Part shown: one piece after another, positions 28,243 through 40,900 of the stretch
Position numbering within the stretch: position 1 is the stretch's first letter
Layout: every line of letters begins with the position of its first letter
Origin: Mytilus trossulus
Taxonomy: Eukaryota
DNA length: 64,000 nucleotides
Direction: 5' to 3'
Assembly: GCF_036588685.1 (NCBI RefSeq)
Contig: NC_086384.1
Location: forward strand, 26,412,001-26,476,000
Notes under the pieces: generated by a model
Databases searched by the model: none
What the model was told of the DNA's origin: nothing
Seen by the model: only the letters and a program-made list of their open reading frames with translations
Program-made: the position numbers and the translations under genes

Positions 28243-29825
28243 TATTATTAATTTAGCTGGTGTGTATTACTGGCAATATAAACCTTAATTTTCCTGAAAT
28301 TATGGGATTAAGAAATTTGTAATTTCATTCATTTAATTTTAATAATAGACCTGCAGGATCATGTATCAAACATTTATGATCAATGACATTATAATCATTA
28401 AAGCAAAGGTTGAAGAAAACTAGTGATGTGTATTTGCAATTTCTTAAGCAAAAAACAAGTTGTGAAAATCGACAACAATCTTCATAAAACAACTTTTACA
28501 AGATTTAAAGATTAGTAGAGAAAGAAGCATCTGAAAAAATGCTCGAGTCAGCATTCTGACCAATTCAGATTGAGAACGGGTATTTTAACAACAAGTGTGT
28601 TAACGGATCTCTAGGGAGAGGAATATGTGGCAGGGATATATTAATAAAATTTTAGAATTTCAGCACTAAATTTTATTTAATAAAAGTTTCTATGGTTGTT
28701 GATTAATCTTGATCTTTAAAAAAAGTAAAGCTGTTCAAACTTTTAATCTGGCTTTCATTGTTATTTTATTTTTTGAACCTGTTTTATGAGATAATTGTAC
28801 AAATTATGAATGCTACTGGGGGGGGGGGGGGGGATATAAAAAATCACTAGTTAACAAAATTTGATTTGAATGTTAGTATGATTTTCTGGAAACCAAAAAA
28901 TTACTTATTAATATGAGAAATTAAAACATTAAAAAAAAGGTTATGGTAAGGGAGTTTGGGGAGCACCAGAGTTCACGAATCTTTTTTCCTTGGTGGTCCT
29001 TGAAGAAAATTTGCTGGTCCTCACTATCAAGTCTATTGAAAAATACTAAAATTGTGTCAGTCCTGTGCAATATTTTGGTGGTTAAATCCTGAGGACTGAC
29101 ACTTTTCGCAAACCATGGGAGCACTCAAATTAGATTGAGTGAGGTGTTTTTATTTTCCTTGAAATAATGCCGAGTTGTAGATAAAAAATAATTTAATAGA
29201 ATGGGTAGTTATAAAGGTAAAAACAAAACTGCCTTGCATGCTAAATTGAGGAGAAAACTTAACAAAAGTTATTTTTGCATTGCGTTTTCTTTGATAGTTC
29301 AATATGACACATAAAAAGAACAAGGTAACTGGTTTGTTCTATAATCAAATGACAGAAAGAATTGTTTTAAATTCCAAAATCCAAAAATACAACTTATTAT
29401 TACACAGGTCACAGAGAAATGAAAGCACCAATTACCACTCATTCACAAATTGTATTAGGGCACCATTACTATAAATATAGTATGTTAATATAAAAAAGAA
29501 AGATGTGGTATGAATGCCAATGAGACAACTATCCACACAAGACCAAAATGACCCAAACATTAACAATTATAGGTCACCGTATGGCCTTCAACAATGAGCA
29601 AAGCCCATACCGTATATAGTCAGCTATAAAAGGCCCGATAAGACAATGTAAAACAATTCAACAAGAAAACTAACGGCCTTATTTATGTAAAAAATTGAAC
29701 GAAAACAAATATGTAACACATACCCAAACGACAACCACTGAATAGCAAACATCGGTCGATACGTCATAGCTGGGTAATGAATATTCATATTTTAGTCACG
29801 TGACCCAGCCTCATACAAACAATCT

Positions 29826-32189
29826 ATGGCGTCTACACAATCCTATCAAAAAATTACTTTGAATTCTGACGATGTACCGGGAGCTAAAATTGATTTCGAT
29901 GATCTTGACAATTATGTGAATGTTCAGCTCAGACGCTGGCTTGAATGCAGAGGGTTAAAAACCGGTGGAAACAAATCTGACCTCGTTCAAAGGTGAGTAA
30001 ACATCGAACAACGCCCACTTCCTTTGTGTTGTCCAACTAAACGTGACATTCTTTTACAGGTAAATTGTCACTTGTCATTCGATTGGGGTTTAATCGTAAA
30101 AGGCGTAACGGGATATTTAAATCGTATGACCTGAAATTATTATATTTAAATCATTATTTATATAATATATGCGCCACTTTAAGTACGATAAACCTGTGAT
30201 TTTTATCAACCTCGTTTTCTTTTTACTTTCTGTTTGTTTTTCTGTTCTTCACTTGCCGTAAATATATAAATATTAGAAATTATTTTAAAATATGTACCCG
30301 TATGTGCATTTAAAAATAAAAGTGTGAAGAAATCAATAATAATGTTGATAAACGTTTCTGTGTTAGAATACTGTTAGTAAATACGGCGGCGTCCTGTTTA
30401 AGCATGGCATTTTTATTTATCTCACGGCCAGATTTAAGTAAAGAGTCTGTGATCAAGGTCTGTCATAAACATGTTAATTATGTCAACTTGTATTTTTTTT
30501 AGATGTAAGGACGCAGTTAAAGCTGGCAAGTTAGAAGAAATTGACATTACTATTGATGGTGGGAAATGGTGTGATTTGAAGGCAGCTAAGACAAAGAAGG
30601 ACCCAAGTCCCTCTTTACAGGTACTGATACCCCCAGTCCTTGGATGGAAACCATTTCCTTCTAGGCAAATACCAGCAAACTTTAATTACGGTCACATATA
30701 TCATTATCTTCTGGAAAGTGTTGTGATGGAAGGTGAAAATGGTAAAACTGAAGACACTGACCTAAGCCATTTGACATCAAAGCCACTTACCAAAGGCCAT
30801 CAGTATGTTAAGAGTGGTAGTGTGAGTGAAATAATGGACAATGAGCGTAACCATCATTACTTTATTAAGGCAAAAGTTGCAGCATCTATGCGTAACGAGG
30901 AAAGGATAGTGCAAGTTACACTATCCTGTTTAAGTGGAGCTATTAGAGATGCTAGCTGTACATGTCCTGGGTCAGCTCTCGGACGTTGTAATCATGTGGC
31001 AGCAGTTTTACTGACATTAGATAAACACTGTAAGGAGTTTGGACATGACCTTATAGCATGTACTAGTAAACAATGTGAGTGGGGAAAGGGACAAAAAAAC
31101 AAAAAAAATCCAGGAAAAATTACAGATGCTTCATACACATCTTACAAACCTAAACTTCTGAAGCTTACGGAGTTTGACCCTAGGCCTACCGATTTAAGAA
31201 AAGCTAGCGATGTAAACATGAACAGTTTTTCAAAAAATTTGAAGTACGATTGTATTAGTTCAGGAAAAACTTCAATGTGGCACACACTAATCAAGTACAC
31301 ATATGATGATTATGAAATTTCTCCTGAACGTAGAGGAATTATAAAGTCTCAAGCTTGGGATTTTTTTACTAACATAAAGCAGGAATGTAGCTTATTTGAA
31401 AGAGATGTTTTTATGATACCCAAGACAGAATCACAATCAGAATCAATCGAGTGGAAAGCATCCCGTTGGTTCAGGATAACTGCATCCACAGCTAAAAAGG
31501 CAAATACATTAGGATACTTGCTAAAATCACCTCCAACAGATGCAAGTCAGAGAAAATTTCAGGCATACATCAGCAGTACCGTTTGGAATCTTTCATCTTT
31601 TAAATACACATCACCAGACATGCTGTATGGAATTGAAAATGAAGATAAAGCCAGAGAGGACTATTATCAACTTATGGCAAATAAGGTTCCAGACTTTAAG
31701 GTTGAAAAGACTGGATTCTGGGTTTGTAAAATGTGGCCTGAATTAGGATGCAGCCCAGATGGTCTTGTAACAGATCCCTCAGAAACCCCAAAACATGGAT
31801 TGCTGGAGATTAAATGTTTGAAAATATTCCGCAAAATAGCTCCATCTGACCTTTTTAAGAGCCTTGAGAAGAATCAAACTTCCAAAAAAGACCTTTACAG
31901 TGCATGTTTTGGAATACCCACAGCTGACAATACTTCTCTCGAGCTGAAGACAACAAACATGTACTACTATCAAATCCAATTTCAGTTAGCGATAATGGGC
32001 CTAAATTGGTGTGATTTTGTCATGTGGTCGCCAATAGGAAAACCTAATGTTGAGAGGATAAGACGTGATGAACAGCTTATTGGAGACATGATAGGAAATG
32101 TTACATCATTATGGCACCAAGTTATTGCACCAGAAATATTTGAAATGCGTGTGCCCAGAAAATTGAAACCAGTTATTTTAGATTTATGA
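29826..32189 (+). CDS. SAP + SWIM zinc finger + YqaJ (lambda-exonuclease-like PD-(D/E)XK) protein; exons 29826-29992 and 30503-32189 (about 617 aa)
   Basis: SAP-like QLRRWLECRGLKTGGNKSDLVQR; SWIM CTCPGSALGRCNH; YqaJ motifs RITAS, GIENE, GCSPDG, LEIKC, YYYQIQFQL. Confidence 0.9.
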
Positions 32190-32570
32190 AATATATGTAT
32201 GTACATGTGTACATGTAGTTCTTAACAAATTGATGTAATATTCATTGATTTTCATTTTGAGAGGTTCTGATGAAAATTTATTCTTAAAATCACTTCTAAA
32301 ATACATGTATTATAGTCTTACAAACATGACAAATGTGCATAGTAAAACAACTAATACAATTGTTTTACCAATTTATAAATGTTTTTATCATTCATACAAC
32401 AATGTTCATTGTTTATAAAATAAGAGGATGTGGTTAAATTGGGAACGAGACAACTCTCAACCTAGATACTAACAAGTTAACAAATAAGTCACCATATAGC
32501 CTTCAACAATGAATTAAACCCATACCAAACAGTCAGCAGTACATGTATGTACAAACATCACAAATTCCTG

Positions 32571-34955
32571 TTATTTAACAAGTGGTTCTTGGAAATTAAC
32601 CAAGCAGCATGCTACAAAAACCATTTGGTCTGATATTTGTGTTAGTGATAATGGAATATTTCCACTCAGTAATTTAAATTTTTTTACTCTTTCAATCACT
32701 CTTTCTACATGTATTCTTGCTTTAGCAATACGACGGGTCTGCAACTCTTCCTGAGCAGTAAATTTAGACCTTTTTCCAAGAAAAGGCGGAATGTTAAGGG
32801 TTGCTTGTCTTGCCATTAGAAAATCTTCTATCAAAAAGCCTCGATCAGCCAGGACAAGATCACCTGGATTAATGTATTCCAAAAAGCCGCATTTTTCAAC
32901 AATTGCTCTATCACTTATAGATCCTTCATATAAATTAGACACATATACTATTGCACCATTTGGGGCTACTCCTATAAGACATTTATATGTATGATGACTT
33001 TTATACGAGGAATACAAATTTCCTTGACGACGAAAGTCTCGTGGCATTTGAACAAAAAATTCTGTACAGTCAATTGTGCATCGTATGTTTTTAAAACATC
33101 TGAAAACACGTGGCATATACTCTTTAAAGTGCTGACGCTCTGGAAACATAATATTTCTATAGTCATTAAAATGGCAATATAAAAACTGAATCCATGTTGT
33201 AAATATCACGCTAACTGTTGAAGATGAAACTCGAAAGAAGTGCGACATGACATCTAGATTGAATCCTCTTTTTAAGCGTACCAATGTTAGAAATAGTTCT
33301 TCTTTTGGCTCTAGTTTACGATTTCCTTTTTTCACATTTTCCTTTGTATTTTTACCATCCCAGTAAGTCAGTTTATTTACACTTTCACCAAGAAATTCAA
33401 ACAATGTCATAAATTGATTATATTGTAGTCCTGTAAATAATTTCAATCGTGCATCATCACTTTTCAAACTTTCTAATGATAGCATTGCATCAGAAGATGC
33501 ATTGTTATTTTCCTGATTTTGTTCTACTTTCATTTTGTTTTTTAATACCATGTTTTCAATCTTTGCATTTAGTATTTCTTTTCCATATACAGTTTGAACT
33601 TCCTTGTCATGTTGAATGCCTGATTCAGTTTGAACAGATTTCTCTTTATGTGTTTCACATTGAGCCAGTGTAGACTGTAAAAAAAAAAATCAAATAAATA
33701 TTAATAAACAAAAACATACATGTCAGACATATTTCCAATATTCAAGACTATACTTGCACTCAAATTATTATTAATACAGTTAGACAGTTGTTTCAATTAT
33801 TTCAACACACACAAGAATACATAACACTTGCACGACATGGTGCATGAAATAATAAATATATAATATAATTAAACATGTACATGTACCTGTAGTGCCCCTA
33901 TTTTTCTTCTTGCCTTTATCTAATATAAAGACAATTAATAACAATTTTATCTTACCGTTATTGATTCAGTACAATCCTTGTCAATACTTGGATCTGGTCC
34001 AGTGTATTCGGACAACTCAAGAAGACTTTCAGCTGCTGTAGTTACATCTTTTCTCAAGATTTTTACGTGTTGTTTTCTTGGTGTGGGAGCTTTTCTTTTC
34101 CGCTTAAAACGATTCATCTGTAATAATATAAAGTTAGGATAAAAAATTGTATAATATTGCATGCATTAAAAGTATCTTAGAATATTAATTGAGAAAACTT
34201 TTCCAGTGACGAACGACTGAAAGCTATAAATGGAAAAGTGTTTTGATATTAAATTTTGTGATTTTACTACCCTCCCTGCCTTTTCATTATCAGGGGAGGA
34301 ACATGTGTGATAATATACTTGTGCATTAAAATTCAACTTTACCCAAAATATACATGATATACAATAAATTCATATAAATAAACTTTCATTATATTTTTAT
34401 TTTTTACATTAAACTAATCAGGTATTATTAAGAATTAAAAAAGTATTTATTTACAAGTTCTAAAGTATATTGACAGTAAAGCACAAACAATAAAACTGAA
34501 ATGAAAATTATATAAAATTAGTTATATAAATAATTACTTATATGATGTTGATCAGGGTACAATTTACACAAAAATACGAAAATCACATTGTACATGTTGT
34601 TAACTGTCATGATTTGTAAAGGTAAACAATAAAATGCACCCACCTGGTCCTCGTTGTGCAACAGTGCAGGCAGTGGGTCCGGATGAAGTACGGTTGGCCC
34701 TTTACTACCGACGAAGTGTTTACTACACATGTATGTACAGCGTTTGATCTTTTCCACATTAAAATCCTCCTTGGGTCTCCCACATGCCTTAATCCAACGT
34801 TCACATTTCTCTCGTTGCGTGATGGGCTTTGGAAAAGGGATGAAAAACACATCCTTCATGTCATCACGATGTCTATATCTTGTGTCACTATTACATGTCC
34901 CGTAACAACAATGTTTCACACCTTCAGACTTATGTTTTACCGGAGCAACTTCCAT
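32571..34955 (-). CDS. THAP-HTH-DDE (DDE_Tnp_4-type) transposase; exons 34955-34644, 34117-33956, 33674-32571 (about 525 aa)
   Basis: THAP CCYGTC..FPKP..W..C..MCSKHF..P; HTH region LFLTLVRLKRG..F.VS.STVS; catalytic motifs IDCTE, LADRGF, RIHVERVI; phases compatible. Confidence 0.92.
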
Positions 34956-37903
34956 TTAATTAGATTTATCAGTTAATGTACGTGAAAATATCAACATCAT
35001 ACATACGCCATGTTTACAATGTTTGTATGACATCCGGGCATTTACTGATTGACCTGATTAGAGATCAAGATAAGAAATCTATTTTTAGTACAGCCGATCT
35101 TTGCTATTGAGACTATTTTCCAATCACTCAGCTGCTAAAGTCAAGAAGGCCTGCAGATAAGCACCTGGCATCTACAACAATGAAAAACAAGTTCACCATT
35201 CTGTGATCCATTTACTAAACCATTAAAACAGAATTTTGAAATAAATTGACCTGTGGTACAAGGATAGTTAACATAGTTTTAAAAGAGGCATACACACTAA
35301 GATATAGTATTCATAAAAGATGAACAGGAATAGACAACTTTTCAGAGGTCAATGTAACTGATAACTACAAACCTTGAATGAAATTTTAAGACTTGTACAT
35401 TGAGATGCCTGACATCCAGTTGTTAGATATACATGTAAGAAGACGTGGTATGAGTGATAATGTGAAGATCTAGATGCACTCGACTCTATAATCTTAATTT
35501 ACTAGGAATATTAGTTTCCTTTAGAAGGTCTGGTTTTCTCTTGGCATTCCAGCTTACTCCAATAAAACCTGGCCACCACGAAATAGCTTAAAAGTAGCGT
35601 TAAACACCCCAAAAAACAAATCAAAAATAAAAACTGCAAGTAAAAGTTTGGAAAAAATTTCATGTGCACTTGTGCTCTTGAATTTTTTTGGACAGAAAGA
35701 TTTCAGGGTTTTCAACCCTAAAACATGGCCTGCTTCAAATTTAATTCAGATTGTTAAACCAGGTCCATGAAAACTGGTCTACAACTATGATTGAACCGAT
35801 TCGATTCAAGGCATAAAGTTATTCAGCTCCTGTTTAATCGATGGTGTTATCAAATGAAAACAACATTGCAGCTAATGAACGGTAAACTAGCAGCATATAT
35901 ATACATACATATCAAAAAGATTCTTAGCTCATGGGGATCAGGTGACCAAGATAATTATTGTCTTCCTTGATTTAAGTAAAATATATATATATATATATCA
36001 ATTACAAATATTTTGATCATTTAGTTTGTGCATTGTTTTGTTTAATTTAAATCCGGCGATTGGTCTCTTTTCTGTCATGCTTGTGTCTTCGACAGCTTAA
36101 CATGGTATGTTTTCTTATATTTGATTGCCTTGTGGTCTAGGTAGTATGTCAACACTTTTATGTACAATTGGCTTATTCTTGTTGACTTGGGAATGTCCGT
36201 TTTAAATCGGAAAACAAATATTTGTATATCAAATGTAATTAATTTAAAATTGCAACAAGTTTAAAATCCTTCAAGGGTTGCAAACAATATTGCCTACTGT
36301 TTACAATGAATTCAAAAGATGGTGACTCGTGTTAAACATCCTGTGACAAATATTACATGCATAATCAGGTGTAAACATTGATTTGAATGAGAAACAAGCA
36401 CAAAGCTGCATTTTAAGTCCCCTATACCGACGAAGTCGAATTAGGTTTGCACTATATCCATCGACTGATACCGTCAGTCCGGCTTATTAGTTTTCCAAAC
36501 TTGTTTTATCGTGGTAAGCTATGGATCAAGGATGAATTTTCTGCTGGTCCGACGATTTTTGAACAGAGTAATGGTCCTTGGATAGAAAATTCACTCAAAT
36601 AATCCGGTTTCCCCCCTATCGTCCTTTTGAAGATATTGATTTGGCAGCAGGTTAACATAAGTTACAAATCAAGTAAGCATTTTGTTCATTAAATTTTCAA
36701 CCGGTATGAGACAACCCTTGTCCGTCTGTCCTGAAACTGGTATCTGATTTCTAACTTTAGTTTGCCTCAACTCGATGTTATGACTTATACTTATACACAC
36801 TGCTGCTCATTACCACAAAACGCAAATCGAAGGGAATTGGGTAGCGTCACTTTTGTTGTTATTGAGTTATCATACTATGTCCTATGGACACATTCTCCAT
36901 TTATTTTAGTGGGAGCAAGGATTTGTATACTATACAACAAATTTGATCTTTCTAAATCCAGAGACGATTCTCAGTTGACACATAATATGAACACCTTGTT
37001 TTTTGTCGGGGGAGTCGTCTGTTGAATTATTTTGACTGCAGGTTTTTTGTAATCTTTTCTTTGTGAGTTTTGTTGTAGATATTTTATCAAAGGTGAATCC
37101 AGAAATTTTCTTATAGTGGGAGGGGACATTGACTGCCATAGGAGGGGTCTCGCTCTAGCCATGCTTCAATGATTCCCTATATATTCGACCAAATTATTCC
37201 CACAAAAGGAGGACCATCCCTTTGGACTGCCCTACGTTTATAACTTTTTTTCACTTTCTTTAGTGTTCTTGCTTTTCCGTACGATATTAAATGGACAATA
37301 GTTTTATAAATTTTCTGATAAATTACAATTAAATTGAGGTTCAAAATTTATCGATTTAGAATAAAGGGGCTCCATTCCCCCCAAGCGCATGTAGTTTTGT
37401 CGCTTTTCCACAAGTCTCATTTTAGTCCATGGAATTTCTTCACTTGAGCGCATTTCAGTAAATTTTGTGTGACAAGTTTATTTGCATTGGCAAATGTATC
37501 TTTACAACTATAAAGAAAGTAAACTCCATTAAATATATACCAAAAAAAATGTTGCCGGCGGAGGTACCAACAAGGGGACATGTACAGTAATTATTTCGCA
37601 AATTATATCTGCCATTCCTCTCCATAGTAAAAGACATCATGATGTTGGTCCATTTTATAAAACCTAGAAATAAAAGTAAGTTACTATTTGTCGTTTTGGG
37701 GTTCTAACATGTGACAATACATGTGATTTTAAAAAATGACCTCATTATCAAATATAATTTATTTACCACTGGTTGTGCAATACTTACTATATATATATTA
37801 AAGCAACTTTGATATTGACGCCATATTACTGATTTCCAATATCTTAAGTGCTTACCTTTTGCGGATTTCCGAGGACCGTGAAAAACAGGAAAAGGACAAA
37901 AAA

Positions 37904-40900
37904 ATGAAAAACAAAAACAAAAGATCAAGGTAAGAAGAGTATAAAATAATTCAGAGTGAATATTTTTTATACCGGGAAAGAACGGATGCAGAGGCTAAAC
38001 ATTTTAAGAATTTTAAAATGATCAATTGCAAAAAAAATGAAAAGTTTCCGATAATTTGTTTTTATCTGTTTCATTACATAATATATGCTGCATGCACCCG
38101 TCGAATGCGTTTTTTAAATGAAAATTGCAAAGAAAAAAGGAGGGTTAGTTGTAAATAACAAAAATTCTCAAATCATTTCCAAAATGCCTATCATGATTAA
38201 CTAAAAGCTGCTTTGCACATGTATAAAATAACCAAATTAAAACCATTATATTTTGACATCTTTCTTTACTATACAGTGATTGCACCACCGTACGTGATAC
38301 ATACGGGTGCTCGTTGGAGAGAAATCGATAACTGCATAGTGATTTTTAAATATTTACATATACAACTGTATATATATCATGTAGACAAACATACTCGTAA
38401 TTAGGTCTTTCCACTTTTCGTGGAAAGACCTTTTGTTTTTCTTCTGGTTATAAGGTCTTTCCACTTTTCGTGGAAAGACCTTTTGTTTTTCTTCTGATTT
38501 TTTTTTTTTTTTTTTCTTCTGCCGTCTGAGATAAAATTGAGAATGGAAATGGGAAATGTGTCAAAGAGACAACAACCCGACCAAATAAAAAAACAACAGC
38601 AGAAGGTCACCAATAGGTCTTCAATGTAGCGAGAAATTCCCGCACCCGTAGGCGTCCTTCAGCTGGCCCCTAAACAAATATATACTAGTTCAGTGATAAT
38701 GAACGCCATACTAATTTCAAAATTGTACACAAGAAACTAATATAAAAATAATACAATACTAACAAAGGCCAGAGGCTCCTGACTTGGGACAGGCGCAAAA
38801 ATGCGGCGGGGTTAAACATGTTTGTGAGATCTCAACCCTCCCCCTATACCTCTAACCAATGTAGAAAAATAAACGCATAACAATACGCACATTAAAACTC
38901 AGTTCAAGAGAAGTCCGCGTCTGATGTCAGAAGATGTCACCAAAGAAAATAAACAAAATGACAATAATGCATAAATAACAACAGACTACTAGCAGTTAAC
39001 TGACATGCCAGCTCCTGACTTCAATTAAACTGACTGAAAGATTATGATTTCATCATATGAACATCAGACACAATACTTCCCGTTAGGGGTTTAGTATCAT
39101 ACCATCATAACATATGATTGGAAGCACATAACCCGTGTCATGCCAACAAATGTTTTTAGAATAAATGTCTTTAGTTCCGACGCAAAGACCTTATCAGTGA
39201 CTCAATATTAACGCCAAAATATGCAATCTTTAATGACTTGACAACAGTATCGTAATTATATCCCTTCTTAATCAGTCTATTTAAAGGTTTTGTAAGTTTC
39301 TGAGGTGAATACTGACACCTTTGTGCTTTATAAAGAATATTTCCATAAAAAATTGGATGTGAAATACCTGAACGTATAAAAAGTCTGCATGTTGAGCTAT
39401 ATTTCCGAATGATGTCTTTATACCGATGATAAAATTTAGTAAAAGTTTTGACTAGTTTGTGATATCGAAAACCCTGGTGTAATAATTTTAAAGTAATACA
39501 TAAATTTCTCTCGTTAAAATCTAAAACATTGTTACAAACACGAGCGAATCGTACAAGTTGAGATATATAAACACCGTAAGATGGTGACAAGGGAACGTCA
39601 CCATCTAAAAACGGATAATTAACGATAGGAAATGAAAAATCATCCCTTTTATCATAAATTTTAGTATTCAGCTTTCCGTTAGTGATATAGATATCAAGAT
39701 CGAGGAAAGGGCAGTGGTCATTATTAGTATTAGCTCTATTTAAAGAAAGTTCAGCAGGATAAATTTCATTAATACTGAAGTCGTCATTATTGAGAGCCAA
39801 AATATCATCCAAATATCTAAAAGTATTATTAAATTTGTTTATCAGATGTTGTTTTGATGGGTCTTTGCTTATTTTTGTCATAAATTGTAACTCATAACAA
39901 TACAAAAAGAGGTCCGCAATAAGTGGTGCACAGTTAGTCCCCATTGAAATTCCGATAATCTGACGATATACGGAATCCCCAAAGCGAACAAAAATGTTAT
40001 CTAGTAAAAGTAGGGCATATATAGTATCAAAGCATGTCAAATTAACATAGTTTTTTTGTTTATTGCTACTAAAAAATGACCTAAAAGAGTTTGAACATAT
40101 ATATTCACATTCTGATTTCACTGTGTCTAAACCACACCGGCAAAATTTGCTCGGACTCGATGCTATCTAACATCCGGCACAATGACGGAACACCAATAGA
40201 CAAAAGAAAGGTAGGTTTCTCCTTATTGTTTTATTCTTTTTATGATATCGAAGAATATATATACATATACAACTATTTTCTATTGTGAGATGCAATATTT
40301 TTTACAACCGTTCTATATTAACGGAGAAATAAGTCAAAATGCATGTCAAAATGACGAATTGAGTGAACCTTGCCTCGAAATTGTTTAATTTCTCGTTAAA
40401 TTTTTCTCATTGTACGGAAAGAAAGGTACGGGAAGATAGATATTGACACGGAGATTGCAAATTAAGTTATTATGAGCATCTCATTAATTGTATCTCTGTG
40501 TATGGAACGAAAGAAAAGGGTAATGTCAAATTAAAATAAACCGGTTTCGTCAATGTTGTTACTACACAATCACCCGGTTTCGTCTATATATATCACCCGG
40601 TTTGGTTGGTTTTTTTTAACAAACAATTTATGAAAAGCAACTTTGGCACGGATCTGAACATTGTATTTCGAGAATTTAAATATATATTTATTGTAAGGTA
40701 AACTTGGCGTGTTAAAATCTATTTTAAACAGGCACTTTTGGACATAGTTAATTATGATAATACACATTTTCCTAATGAAAGGCGTATCCCTTATTTCACT
40801 TAACTTCAAACTAATTTTTAATGGAATATAAATACTCAATAGCAAACACTGGTATCTAATTATTTTGTAACATTATTATATTTTCTTTGTTTATAATAGT

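Larger units (their letters stand above)
29744..35105. mobile_element. Autonomous ISL2EU-type (PIF/Harbinger group) DNA transposon
   Basis: TIRs AGCAAACATCGG / AGCAAAGATCGG; AT on both flanks; two convergent genes (THAP-DDE transposase and YqaJ exonuclease), the known ISL2EU layout. Confidence 0.9.

Noticed and set aside
30471-32189. YqaJ ORF as an integrated phage or virus gene
   Set aside because: It is spliced and enclosed by TIRs with a THAP-DDE partner, which is the ISL2EU layout.
39035-39070. Hammerhead in the Naiad 3' UTR (CUGAUGU...GAAA on the minus strand)
   Set aside because: The core is non-canonical, GAAA is not kept in copy 2, and the bases are explained by the SECIS helix.
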